Below, piece by piece: positions 48,482-56,536 of a stretch of 64,000 nucleotides of DNA (its first letter is position 1; every line of letters begins with the position of its first letter). This DNA comes from Reinekea sp. (GTDB lineage: Bacteria; Pseudomonadota; Gammaproteobacteria; Pseudomonadales; Natronospirillaceae). The notes beneath the pieces were generated by a model. That model did no database searches. It was not told where the DNA came from and saw only the letters and a list, made by a program, of their open reading frames with translations. Made by a program: the position numbers and the translations under genes. Location of the stretch: the NCBI RefSeq assembly GCF_046710285.1, contig NZ_JBKEGY010000018.1, positions 1,904-65,903 on the forward strand. Reading direction: 5' to 3'.

Positions 48482-48499
48482 CAATAGTCATGACTATTG
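48482..48499. promoter_or_regulatory. Perfect 18-bp palindrome in a divergent promoter region (candidate operator)
   Basis: CAATAGTCATGACTATTG is its own reverse complement, and a third TGACTA half-site lies at 48472-48477. It sits between the lipoprotein gene (minus) and the CoA-disulfide reductase gene (plus). Confidence 0.4.
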
Positions 48500-48600
48500 T
48501 TTTCTTTAAATGCGCAGTCTGTTGATTTAAGTCAGTACAGTCTTGTGATAATATAAGATGATGCTAATATATAATATTCTTTCTTTTTGGAGCTTTATTT

Positions 48601-50259
48601 ATGTCTCATAAAATTGTCATTGTTGGTGGTGTTGCCGGTGGGGCCTCTGCAGCAGCTAGAGCCCGTCGCCTAAACGAACAGGCAGAGATTATCGTTTTTG
48701 AACGCGATAGTTTTATTTCATTTGCGAACTGTGGATTGCCTTACCATATCGGAGGCGAAATTGAAGAGCGTTCTGCGTTATTGGTGCAAACTCCGGAATC
48801 GATGAAAGCACGATTTGACCTTGATATTCGTATTAAAACCGAGGTTATTGGCGTAGATGCCGCAGCGAAAATGGTGACTGTTAAGAATTTAGACACCCAA
48901 GAGACTTATAGCGAATCCTATGATGATTTAGTGCTCTCTCCTGGGGCAACTCCAATTATCCCGCCAACGCCGGGTTTTGATCTTCCCTCCGTATTTACTT
49001 TGCGTAATATCCCAGATATGGACCGTATTTTACAAAAAATCAATTTAGAAGCCCCGCGCACGGCTGTTGTGATTGGTGGTGGTTACATTGGAATCGAAAT
49101 GGCAGAAGCGCTTATTCACCGTGGAATTGAAACCACGATGGTCGAATTGGCGAATCAAATTATGCCGCCAATGGATCCGGAAATGGCTGTGCCATTGCAT
49201 CAAGAAATGCGTCGCAATGGCGTAGATTTGCAGTTGAGTGATGCCGTTGAAAAAGTGACCGAAACGGATGGGCGTCTGACACTAGACATGCGATCAGGTA
49301 AGAAATTTGAAACTGATTTAGTCATACTGGCCATCGGTGTTCGTCCAGAGAACTCGCTAGCCAAGCTTGCTGGGCTGGCACTGGGTGAAAAAGGCGGCAT
49401 TCAAGTTGATAGTCAAATGCGCACCAGTGTGCCAAATATATACGCTGTCGGTGATGCTATCGAAGTTAAAGACTTTGTGACTGGGCTTGCTGCGCAAATA
49501 CCATTAGCTGGACCAGCGAACCGTCAAGGTCGAATTGCGGCAGATAATATTTTTGGTCGGGCTTCAGAATATAAAGACACGCTGGGTACGGGTATTTGTA
49601 AAGTGTTCGATTTATCGGCTGCTTCCACCGGCGCAAGTGAAAAGCTGTTAACGTTTAAAGGGATACCCTACGAAAAGGTATATGTTCATGCGGCCGACCA
49701 TGCGGGTTATTACCCTGGCGCAACGCAGATTAATTTCAAGTTGATCTTCGACCCAACCAGTGGAAAAATTCTAGGCGCACAAGCAGTTGGTAAAAAAGGC
49801 GCTGACAAGCGTATTGATATAATAGCCACAGCTATTCGAGCAGGAATGACCGTGTGGGATTTGGAGGAGTTCGAACTGTGCTACGCACCGCCATTTGGTT
49901 CTGCAAAAGATGTAATCAACCAAGCGGGCTTTGTTGCCAGTAACGTAATTCGTGGTGATCACGAAATATGCCATAGCGCTGACATTGATGCGTTTGGAGA
50001 TGACGTGATGCTTATTGATGTTCGTAACCCAACAGAAATAGGGACTTTAGGGACAATTGATGAAGCGCATAACATACCGGTGAATAACCTACGTGAAAAC
50101 TTAGGTAGGCTGCCGAAAGACAAAACCTTAGTCGTTTTCTGTGCCGTTGGGTTACGTGGCTATGTCGCTTATCGCATGTTGATCCAGCATGGTTTCAAAG
50201 TTAAAAACTTAACCGGTGGTTTTACCACTTATCAAATGGTTAAGCGCATCGGGAAATAG
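48601..50259 (+). CDS. CoA-disulfide/persulfide reductase family flavoprotein with C-terminal rhodanese domain
   Basis: The FAD motif IVGGVAGGASAAARA, the single redox Cys in SFANCGLPYHIGG, an NAD motif VIGGGYIGIEMAEA, and a C-terminal rhodanese domain with the catalytic loop FCAVGLRGY. Confidence 0.88.
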   Translation: MSHKIVIVGGVAGGASAAARARRLNEQAEIIVFERDSFISFANCGLPYHIGGEIEERSALLVQTPESMKARFDLDIRIKTEVIGVDAAAKMVTVKNLDTQETYSESYDDLVLSPGATPIIPPTPGFDLPSVFTLRNIPDMDRILQKINLEAPRTAVVIGGGYIGIEMAEALIHRGIETTMVELANQIMPPMDPEMAVPLHQEMRRNGVDLQLSDAVEKVTETDGRLTLDMRSGKKFETDLVILAIGVRPENSLAKLAGLALGEKGGIQVDSQMRTSVPNIYAVGDAIEVKDFVTGLAAQIPLAGPANRQGRIAADNIFGRASEYKDTLGTGICKVFDLSAASTGASEKLLTFKGIPYEKVYVHAADHAGYYPGATQINFKLIFDPTSGKILGAQAVGKKGADKRIDIIATAIRAGMTVWDLEEFELCYAPPFGSAKDVINQAGFVASNVIRGDHEICHSADIDAFGDDVMLIDVRNPTEIGTLGTIDEAHNIPVNNLRENLGRLPKDKTLVVFCAVGLRGYVAYRMLIQHGFKVKNLTGGFTTYQMVKRIGK

Positions 50260-50298
50260 ATATTGATATAAAAATTCTAGAATTAAATGAGGACTAAA

Positions 50299-50658
50299 AT
50301 GGCTACTGTCACTATTACTAAAGATACATTTGAATCAACATTAAAAGAAAATAATATTGTCATTCTCGATTTTTGGGCCAGTTGGTGTGGTCCATGTAAG
50401 ACCTTTGGACCGATTTTCGAAAGCGCTAGTGAGAGTCACAGCGACGTTGTTTTTGCAAAAATCGATACTGAAGCAGAGCAAGAGCTTGCCGGATCATTAG
50501 GTATTCGCTCAATCCCCACTATCATGATTTTCCGTGAAGGTGTTATGTTGTTTAACCAAGCGGGCGTGCTACCTGAGGCGGGTATTACTGAGGTGTTAGA
50601 TCAAGCACGTGCGCTTGATATGGACAAAGTGCGTGCCGATATCGCAGCGCAAGCATAG
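50299..50658 (+). CDS. Thioredoxin
   Basis: WASWCGPCK active site and IRSIPTIMIF. The ATG at 50299 is preceded by GAGGA. Confidence 0.9.
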   Translation: MATVTITKDTFESTLKENNIVILDFWASWCGPCKTFGPIFESASESHSDVVFAKIDTEAEQELAGSLGIRSIPTIMIFREGVMLFNQAGVLPEAGITEVLDQARALDMDKVRADIAAQA

Positions 50659-50676
50659 TTCATTTTTAAGTCGGTG

Positions 50677-50720
50677 ACGGGCAATTACCTAGGCCCTTGC
50701 CGACTTGCCCGTTGTTGTTT
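50677..50720 (+). terminator. Possible thioredoxin terminator
   Basis: ACGGGCAA (50677-50684) pairs with TTGCCCGT (50705-50712), followed by TGTTGTTT. A competing stem AAGTCGG (50668-74) / CCGACTT (50700-06) also exists. Hand folding only. Confidence 0.35.
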
Positions 50721-50798
50721 ACCTAAAAAGCTTCTAAACTACAGGTTCATTGTTCACCTTTACCTTTAATAAGGTATTCAGAATCATAAGGAGGCTCC

Positions 50799-50885
50799 AT
50801 GCAAGCAATTGCAGACACATGTGTATTAGATTACGCATACACTCTTGGAGACCGCACTGCAGCGCTTACGTCGTTTAATTTTTAA
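50799..50885 (+). CDS. Candidate 28-aa small ORF (MQAIADTCVLDYAYTLGDRTAALTSFNF)
   Basis: An ATG lies 4 nt downstream of AAGGAGG (50788-50794), the best Shine-Dalgarno match I saw in the window. It sits in an otherwise ORF-free 480-bp gap upstream of the ABC-F gene, and I know of no homolog. Confidence 0.3.
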   Translation: MQAIADTCVLDYAYTLGDRTAALTSFNF

Positions 50886-50998
50886 ACGCACAGATGTGCT
50901 GAAAATTCCAAATTACCACCATCAGAATACGTCTGTGCTGAATTCATATTTCAGTATAGGTCATTGCTGCCGTAGAAATTACCCGTTTACTTGGGGAC

Positions 50999-51106
50999 TT
51001 GAGCAGAGGTGCTGTAAAACTAGGGACGCCGTGAACCCTTCCATGGGGGCTTGTCATTGGCATCCATGCCAATGAGCACTCTATTTTTACAGCACCTCTG
51101 CTCAAT
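50999..51106. repeat. Palindromic MITE/REP-like element, copy C (inverted orientation)
   Basis: Arms TTGAGCAGAGGTGCTGTAAAACTAGGG / CTCTATTTTTACAGCACCTCTGCTCAA. The internal modules are in reverse order: CCATGGGGG, then TCATTGGCATCCATGCCAATGA (51054-51075). It ends 36 bp upstream of the ABC-F start. Confidence 0.85.
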
Positions 51107-51141
51107 TGTAGTTATCGCGCAGCAGTGAAAATAGGTTTATC

Positions 51142-52878
51142 ATGTCTTTAATTTCTGTATTACAAGTTTCCTATCAAGCGGGCAGTAAGCCCTTGTTCTC
51201 TGATTTATCATGCCATATTGATGCCGGTGACCGGGTTGGTGTGGTTGGCCACAATGGTTGTGGCAAGTCTACTTTACTAAATTTGATTTTGGGTCGTCAC
51301 AGTGTTGATGATGGGCGCATTCATATTCAACGTGGATTAAAAATAGGTATCGTTGAGCAATTTTTACCTGAACAGCTTCTTGCATTAGCCGTTGTCGATT
51401 GTGTTTCAAATGCGTTGCCGGTGGATGAGCGTTTAGCTCAGCAGTATATTGTTGAAGCACTTTTAGTTCGGCTAGGTTTTGCAGAAAGTCTTTGGCAACG
51501 ACCGATAAAACAACTCAGTGGCGGGCAAAAAAACCTTATTCTCTTTGCTCGAGCCATTGTCCAGGACCCTGAATTATTGCTGCTGGATGAGCCTGGTAAC
51601 CACATGGACTCCAGAGCCATGTTTTACCTTAAGCAATATCTATCATCGAGTGACGCACCTGGGTTCCTGATGATCTCGCATGATCGAGATTTATTGGACA
51701 GTGTAACAACAAAAACCTTTTGGCTGCGTGATCAACGTTTGTATCAGTTTAATTTGCCCTATACCAAAGCAAAGGTTGCTTTAAGTAAGCATGACGAAGA
51801 TGCACAAAAACGCAGAGAAGCTGAAGAACGTGAAGTTAATAAACTCAAGAAGAGCGCAAAGCGATTAGCCCAATGGGGCAAAGATTACGACAACGAAGAT
51901 CTAGCCCGCAAAGCTAAAACCATGGAGCGGCGTGTCGAAAAACTAGAGCAAGATTTTACCTTTGTCTCGCAAGGATCGGGCTTATCTTTGAACGTAGATG
52001 CAGATTTACTACGCAGCAAACAAGTTTTGATCATGGAAAGCGAGCTGGTTAGAAACCCAGTGGGTATTGAACTGTTTCAAGTGCAAGAAATGGTCATGCG
52101 ACCAGGTGATCGAATTGTATTGCTCGGTATTAATGGTGCGGGTAAATCTAGTTGCATTGAACATTTAATGCGAGTGTACCGACAGGATGCCGGCGAACAG
52201 CAGCATACACGCTTTAATCCGAACGTCAGTATTGGATATTTTGATCAAGAGTTAGCTCAGTTCGAACAACCAATTGGAATAATGGATTGGTGTCGTGAGC
52301 AATGCAAAGCGAGCGAAGAAGACATTAAGCAAACGCTCATTCATTGGGGCTTTCCTTTTGCCGAGCATGATAGGCGAGTTAATGTTCTTAGTGGTGGTGA
52401 GCGTGCGCGTCTATTGTTACTTACCTTTCAGCTCGATCAGCCGAATGTATTAGTGATGGATGAGCCGACCAACCATATTGACTTGCAAGGCAAAGAGGAA
52501 TTGGAGGCGAGTTTAGTTGATCAGTCTATAACGCTACTGTTTACTAGTCATGACCAACGTTTCATTGAAACCGTGGCCACTCGATATTGGTGGATACATC
52601 AAGGGAAGTTAATTGAAGTATTTGATCTGCAGGATTATTTTTCAAGCCTAAACCCATGCGATGTTACGCTTGAAAATAAGGGTCCGCAGACTTCAATGGA
52701 AAAAAATGATGCAGCAGTGCCATTTGAATTCGATGAAGAGAAAATGCTTGAACGAATTATCGAACTAGAAACCTTGCTCGAAGAAGATTGTAGCCGTAAA
52801 GAAAAGTTTCAAAAGCCTAAGTTGCAATTACAATGGCAAGAAGAACTGAATGACTTAACTAAAAGGTTAGATGCTTGA
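51142..52878 (+). CDS. ABC-F family ATPase (two NBDs, no TMD)
   Basis: Two Walker A motifs (GHNGCGKST; GINGAGKSS), two signature motifs (LSGGQKN; LSGGERA), an inter-domain charged linker and a C-terminal coiled-coil tail. Confidence 0.9.
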   Translation: MSLISVLQVSYQAGSKPLFSDLSCHIDAGDRVGVVGHNGCGKSTLLNLILGRHSVDDGRIHIQRGLKIGIVEQFLPEQLLALAVVDCVSNALPVDERLAQQYIVEALLVRLGFAESLWQRPIKQLSGGQKNLILFARAIVQDPELLLLDEPGNHMDSRAMFYLKQYLSSSDAPGFLMISHDRDLLDSVTTKTFWLRDQRLYQFNLPYTKAKVALSKHDEDAQKRREAEEREVNKLKKSAKRLAQWGKDYDNEDLARKAKTMERRVEKLEQDFTFVSQGSGLSLNVDADLLRSKQVLIMESELVRNPVGIELFQVQEMVMRPGDRIVLLGINGAGKSSCIEHLMRVYRQDAGEQQHTRFNPNVSIGYFDQELAQFEQPIGIMDWCREQCKASEEDIKQTLIHWGFPFAEHDRRVNVLSGGERARLLLLTFQLDQPNVLVMDEPTNHIDLQGKEELEASLVDQSITLLFTSHDQRFIETVATRYWWIHQGKLIEVFDLQDYFSSLNPCDVTLENKGPQTSMEKNDAAVPFEFDEEKMLERIIELETLLEEDCSRKEKFQKPKLQLQWQEELNDLTKRLDA

Positions 52879-53369
52879 AGTATTTGTTACATTATCCAGA
52901 TGGTGTCCAAGCTCGCATTCGCGAGCTTTTGGAGCAAGATCAGTTAGCGAGTTATTTACGCAGTAAATACCCAATGGTGCATGATTATCCAACAGATAAA
53001 GCACTGCGTGGTTATGTAATGGGGTTAAAAAGTCAGTACCTAAAAAAGTCCGATCCCATCAGTAAAATAATATATGACCCAAAAATTCATGTGGTAAAAA
53101 ATGCTCTGGGTACGCACAGCTATGTATCTCGAGTTCAAGGCGGGAAACTAAAAGCTAAGAATGAAATCCGTATTAGTACATTGTTCAAAAAGGTACCTGA
53201 AGCTTTCTTGGCTATGATTACAGTGCACGAATTAGCTCATGTTCGTGAAAAAGAGCATAACAATGCTTTTTACCAACTCTGTAAACACATGCTGCCTGAT
53301 TATCATCAATTGGAGTTTGATGTGCGAGTTTATCTGACTCAGGTAGAAGAGTTGGGCGAGATTTATTAA
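52875..53369 (+). CDS. YgjP-like (DUF45 / M48-related) metal-dependent hydrolase
   Basis: An HExxH motif in ITVHELAHVREKEHN. The TTG start overlaps the ABC-F stop, so the start position is uncertain. Confidence 0.7.
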   Translation: MKYLLHYPDGVQARIRELLEQDQLASYLRSKYPMVHDYPTDKALRGYVMGLKSQYLKKSDPISKIIYDPKIHVVKNALGTHSYVSRVQGGKLKAKNEIRISTLFKKVPEAFLAMITVHELAHVREKEHNNAFYQLCKHMLPDYHQLEFDVRVYLTQVEELGEIY

Positions 53370-53407
53370 TGAGCATCCACCTGAAATAGTGGATTGATAC
53401 GGATTAA

Positions 53408-53503
53408 CCAACGGTTTTATTTTAATAAGGCGTTCGAGCACATCCATGTGTCACTCCGCAGCGAGATTGCTCTCGCTGAGGCTTATTAAAATAAACCCGT
53501 TGG
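53408..53503. repeat. 96-bp inverted-repeat element between convergent genes
   Basis: The 23-bp arms CCAACGGTTTTATTTTAATAAGG (53408-53430) and GCTTATTAAAATAAACCCGTTGG (53481-53503) are 21/23 complementary. The 50-bp interior holds the mini-hairpins CACATCCATGTG (53439-53450) and CAGCGAGA-ttgc-TCTCGCTG. Confidence 0.75.
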
Positions 53504-53523
53504 CACTCCTTACTACTTATTTT

Positions 53524-54633
53524 TTATTTCGTGGCAGGCTGGCCTAGATGATTAACTTTTAGCTGACTCAGCGCCCAGTCTATATGTTCATCGACAAGTT
53601 CAGAGACTAGCCCTTTTTGTTTCGTGAGTGCATCGGTGACCTGGGTGGATAATTGACCGTTTCCTAAAGCGATGGCGATATTGCGTTGCCATTGTTCATA
53701 GCCAATACGACGTATTGCACTGCCTTCTGTTTTTTTCAAAAATACTTCTTCAGTCCATTGGAAGGCTTCAAGTAAATCTAAATCATCTAAATTATGTCGG
53801 CTGCCGTAATCTGGCTCTTGGGTTTCGGGTGCTTTGTTATTGTGCGGGCAAACCAGCTGGCAGTCATCGCAGCCGTATATTCGGTTGCCAATTTTTGCGC
53901 GTAAGTCCATTGGAATGCTGCCGGCGTATTCAATGGTTAAATAACTGATGCATTTTCGGGCATCTAAAACACCTTCTGAAACAAAGGCATCGGTTGGGCA
54001 GTCAACAAGGCACTGGTTGCATGTGCCGCAGTGGTTTTTTGGTAGGGGCGGGTCAAAGGGTAAATCAAGATCGGTCATTAATTCGCCTAAGAAAAACCAA
54101 CTACCAACACCGGGTACCAATAAAAGCGTATTTTTACCTATCCAGCCGAGACCTGATTGTTCGGCAAGCTGACGTTCCATAACAGGTGCGCTGTCGACAA
54201 AAGCTCGATAACCATGCGTGCCGGCAAGCTCTTCAATGGCTTTGCCCAGCAGGGTTAAGCGTTTGCGCATGACCTTGTGGTAATCGCGGCCTAGTGCATA
54301 GCGGGCAATGTAGCCCTTGCTTGGGTTGTTGAGTATATCGAAATCATTTTCACAGTTTGGGTGATAGTCCATTCTAACGGTGATGACTGTTTTAGTACCA
54401 GGGTGTAATTCACCTGCATCGAACCGCTTATCGATATTACGTTCCATCCAGGCCATGGTGCCGTTGAAGCCTGCGTCTATCCAGCGCTGATAGTTTTCTA
54501 AATGTTGATTAGCTTGTGCTGGGCTGAAACGTATATCGGCAAAACCAAGCTGTTCGGACAGTGCTCGAATCTGTTCAGGCAGGGTTAATGCGGAATCTGT
54601 TGCAATCATGGCAGTGTTCAGTGAGTCTGACAT
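53524..54633 (-). CDS. queG: Epoxyqueuosine reductase
   Basis: 4Fe-4S motifs CGTCNQCLVDCP and CDDCQLVCPHN, GWIGKNTLL, and a C-terminal HEAT-like region. Confidence 0.92.
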   Translation of the reverse strand: MSDSLNTAMIATDSALTLPEQIRALSEQLGFADIRFSPAQANQHLENYQRWIDAGFNGTMAWMERNIDKRFDAGELHPGTKTVITVRMDYHPNCENDFDILNNPSKGYIARYALGRDYHKVMRKRLTLLGKAIEELAGTHGYRAFVDSAPVMERQLAEQSGLGWIGKNTLLLVPGVGSWFFLGELMTDLDLPFDPPLPKNHCGTCNQCLVDCPTDAFVSEGVLDARKCISYLTIEYAGSIPMDLRAKIGNRIYGCDDCQLVCPHNNKAPETQEPDYGSRHNLDDLDLLEAFQWTEEVFLKKTEGSAIRRIGYEQWQRNIAIALGNGQLSTQVTDALTKQKGLVSELVDEHIDWALSQLKVNHLGQPATK

Positions 54634-54715
54634 CGGTAAATTTACTGTGGTTTTATTAAATTAAGGACCACTAATGATACACTGTTGTGCGTTTGACTAG
54701 TGAAAAGAGTTTCGT

Positions 54716-55177
54716 GTGAAGGTATCTATTGAAGAACAAGCTATGGCTGAGTTTGGGCGTGTTATTGGTCAAGCGTGTCAATCGGGCAGTATCGTGTATT
54801 TAAATGGCACCTTGGGCATGGGTAAAACCACCCTTAGCCGCTGTGTTGTGCAAGGTTTGGGCTGGCCTAGTTCAGTAAAAAGCCCAACCTATACTCTGGT
54901 TGAACCTTATGAGTTGGTAACGACGTTGGTATACCATTTTGATCTCTATCGACTCGCAGACCCCGAAGAGCTTGAGTTTATTGGGATCAGAGATTACGAC
55001 ACTCAGCATGCTATTTGGTTGGTTGAATGGCCAGAAAAGGGAGCGGGTATGCTACCTTGTCCAGATATAGTTTTAACCTTGACTGACGCCAATAATGGCC
55101 GTCAAATAGAATTGCAAGGCCATAGTGAACGTGGCGAAGCGCAAATTAATGCGATAAAAAAAGCCTGGGAGGCTTAA
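54716..55177 (+). CDS. tsaE: tRNA t6A biosynthesis ATPase TsaE
   Basis: The P-loop GTLGMGKTT, SPTYTLVEPY and HFDLYRL. It lies upstream of amiB-mutL as in enterics. Confidence 0.9.
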   Translation: MKVSIEEQAMAEFGRVIGQACQSGSIVYLNGTLGMGKTTLSRCVVQGLGWPSSVKSPTYTLVEPYELVTTLVYHFDLYRLADPEELEFIGIRDYDTQHAIWLVEWPEKGAGMLPCPDIVLTLTDANNGRQIELQGHSERGEAQINAIKKAWEA

Positions 55178-56526
55178 TGATTCTACGTTTTACTCTGGTG
55201 TGCTTGTTGTGTATTTGCAGTGTGTTTGCACAGGCAACAACACTAGACGGCGCTCGCATTTGGCCATCACCCGATGTGACTCGGCTCGTGTTAGATTTAT
55301 CAGGGCCAGCAGAACACACAATTCTAGTGTTAAAAAACCCTGATCGAATCGTTCTTGATGTTAAATCAACATCACTCAAGGGCTCTATCGAAAATCTTGA
55401 TTTAACCGATACCGGTGTGCGACTCATACGCAGTGCAAAGCGCAATAACAATGATCTAAGAATTGTGCTTGATATGACGGAGGCCATGTCACCACGAAGC
55501 TTTAATTTGCCGCCTAATGACCAATATGGTCATCGTTTGGTTGTTGATTTAGAGCGACCTGTGCTGTCATCGACAGGTGAAAAAGTAGCTCCAACGCCAA
55601 CCGTGAACCTATCGGTAGAGAAAATGAGCCAACAGCGCCGCGACATTATCGTGGTAATTGATGCCGGCCATGGCGGTGAAGACCCTGGTGCCATTGGGCC
55701 AAAGAAAACCAGAGAAAAAGATATTGTCTTGGCCATTAGTAAAGAGATTGCGCAGCAGTTAGAAGCCAGAAGTGGCTATAAGCCGATGCTCGTGCGTGAT
55801 GGTGATTTTATTGTTGCGTTAAAAAATCGTCGTGATTACGCCCGTAAAAACAATGCCGATATATTTGTGTCTATTCACGCTGATGCCTTTACCAGTTCCC
55901 TAGCACAGGGTGCCTCTGTCTATGCATTATCAAATGGGGGTGCTACTTCATCAATGGCGCAATATTTAGCCGACCAAGAAAACGCTGCTGATGTTATTGG
56001 TGGCTTAAATGGCGTAAGCCTGGAAGATAAGGACGATATTTTAAAGCAAGTGTTGGTCGACCTTTCAATGACAGCAACGATGCAAAGCAGTTTGAATGTG
56101 GGTACGTTAGTACTCGATGAAATTGGCCGGTTTACCAAGTTACATGGCAATAGACGAGCACCAGGGCAAGCTAACTTTGTGGTGTTGCGTGCACCAGATG
56201 TACCGTCGATTTTGGTTGAAACAGGTTATATTAGTAATCCAACGGAAGAGGCTAATTTAGGCTCGCCGGCTTATCGAAAAAAAATGGCAACTGCTATTGC
56301 GAATGGCATCGTCCGATACTTTGAATCCCAGCCGCCTGAAGGTTCATGGGTGGCTTGGCAACAACAGCAAAAGCAAGCAGTGCGCAAGTATGTAGTTGCC
56401 AAAGGCGATACATTATCGGCTATTGCAGTCCGTAATGGTGTTTCATTGCAAGCACTGAAATCGCTAAATAAAATAAATGGCTCAACCATTAAAATAGGGC
56501 AAGTACTCGTCTTGCCGCAAAGCTAA
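55177..56526 (+). CDS. amiB: N-acetylmuramoyl-L-alanine amidase (AMIN + Amidase_3 + LysM)
   Basis: An AMIN domain ([15 protein letters not shown]), an amidase_3 domain ([25 protein letters not shown]) and a C-terminal LysM ([27 protein letters not shown]). Confidence 0.9.
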   Translation: MILRFTLVCLLCICSVFAQATTLDGARIWPSPDVTRLVLDLSGPAEHTILVLKNPDRIVLDVKSTSLKGSIENLDLTDTGVRLIRSAKRNNNDLRIVLDMTEAMSPRSFNLPPNDQYGHRLVVDLERPVLSSTGEKVAPTPTVNLSVEKMSQQRRDIIVVIDAGHGGEDPGAIGPKKTREKDIVLAISKEIAQQLEARSGYKPMLVRDGDFIVALKNRRDYARKNNADIFVSIHADAFTSSLAQGASVYALSNGGATSSMAQYLADQENAADVIGGLNGVSLEDKDDILKQVLVDLSMTATMQSSLNVGTLVLDEIGRFTKLHGNRRAPGQANFVVLRAPDVPSILVETGYISNPTEEANLGSPAYRKKMATAIANGIVRYFESQPPEGSWVAWQQQQKQAVRKYVVAKGDTLSAIAVRNGVSLQALKSLNKINGSTIKIGQVLVLPQS

Positions 56527-56536
56527 CAGGGTTTTC

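Noticed and set aside
50845-51075. A 76-aa ORF in the trx/ABC-F intergenic region.
   Set aside because: Its 3' part (50999-51075) reads through the palindromic element. It has no RBS and a TTG start, and the equivalent elements elsewhere are not in ORFs.
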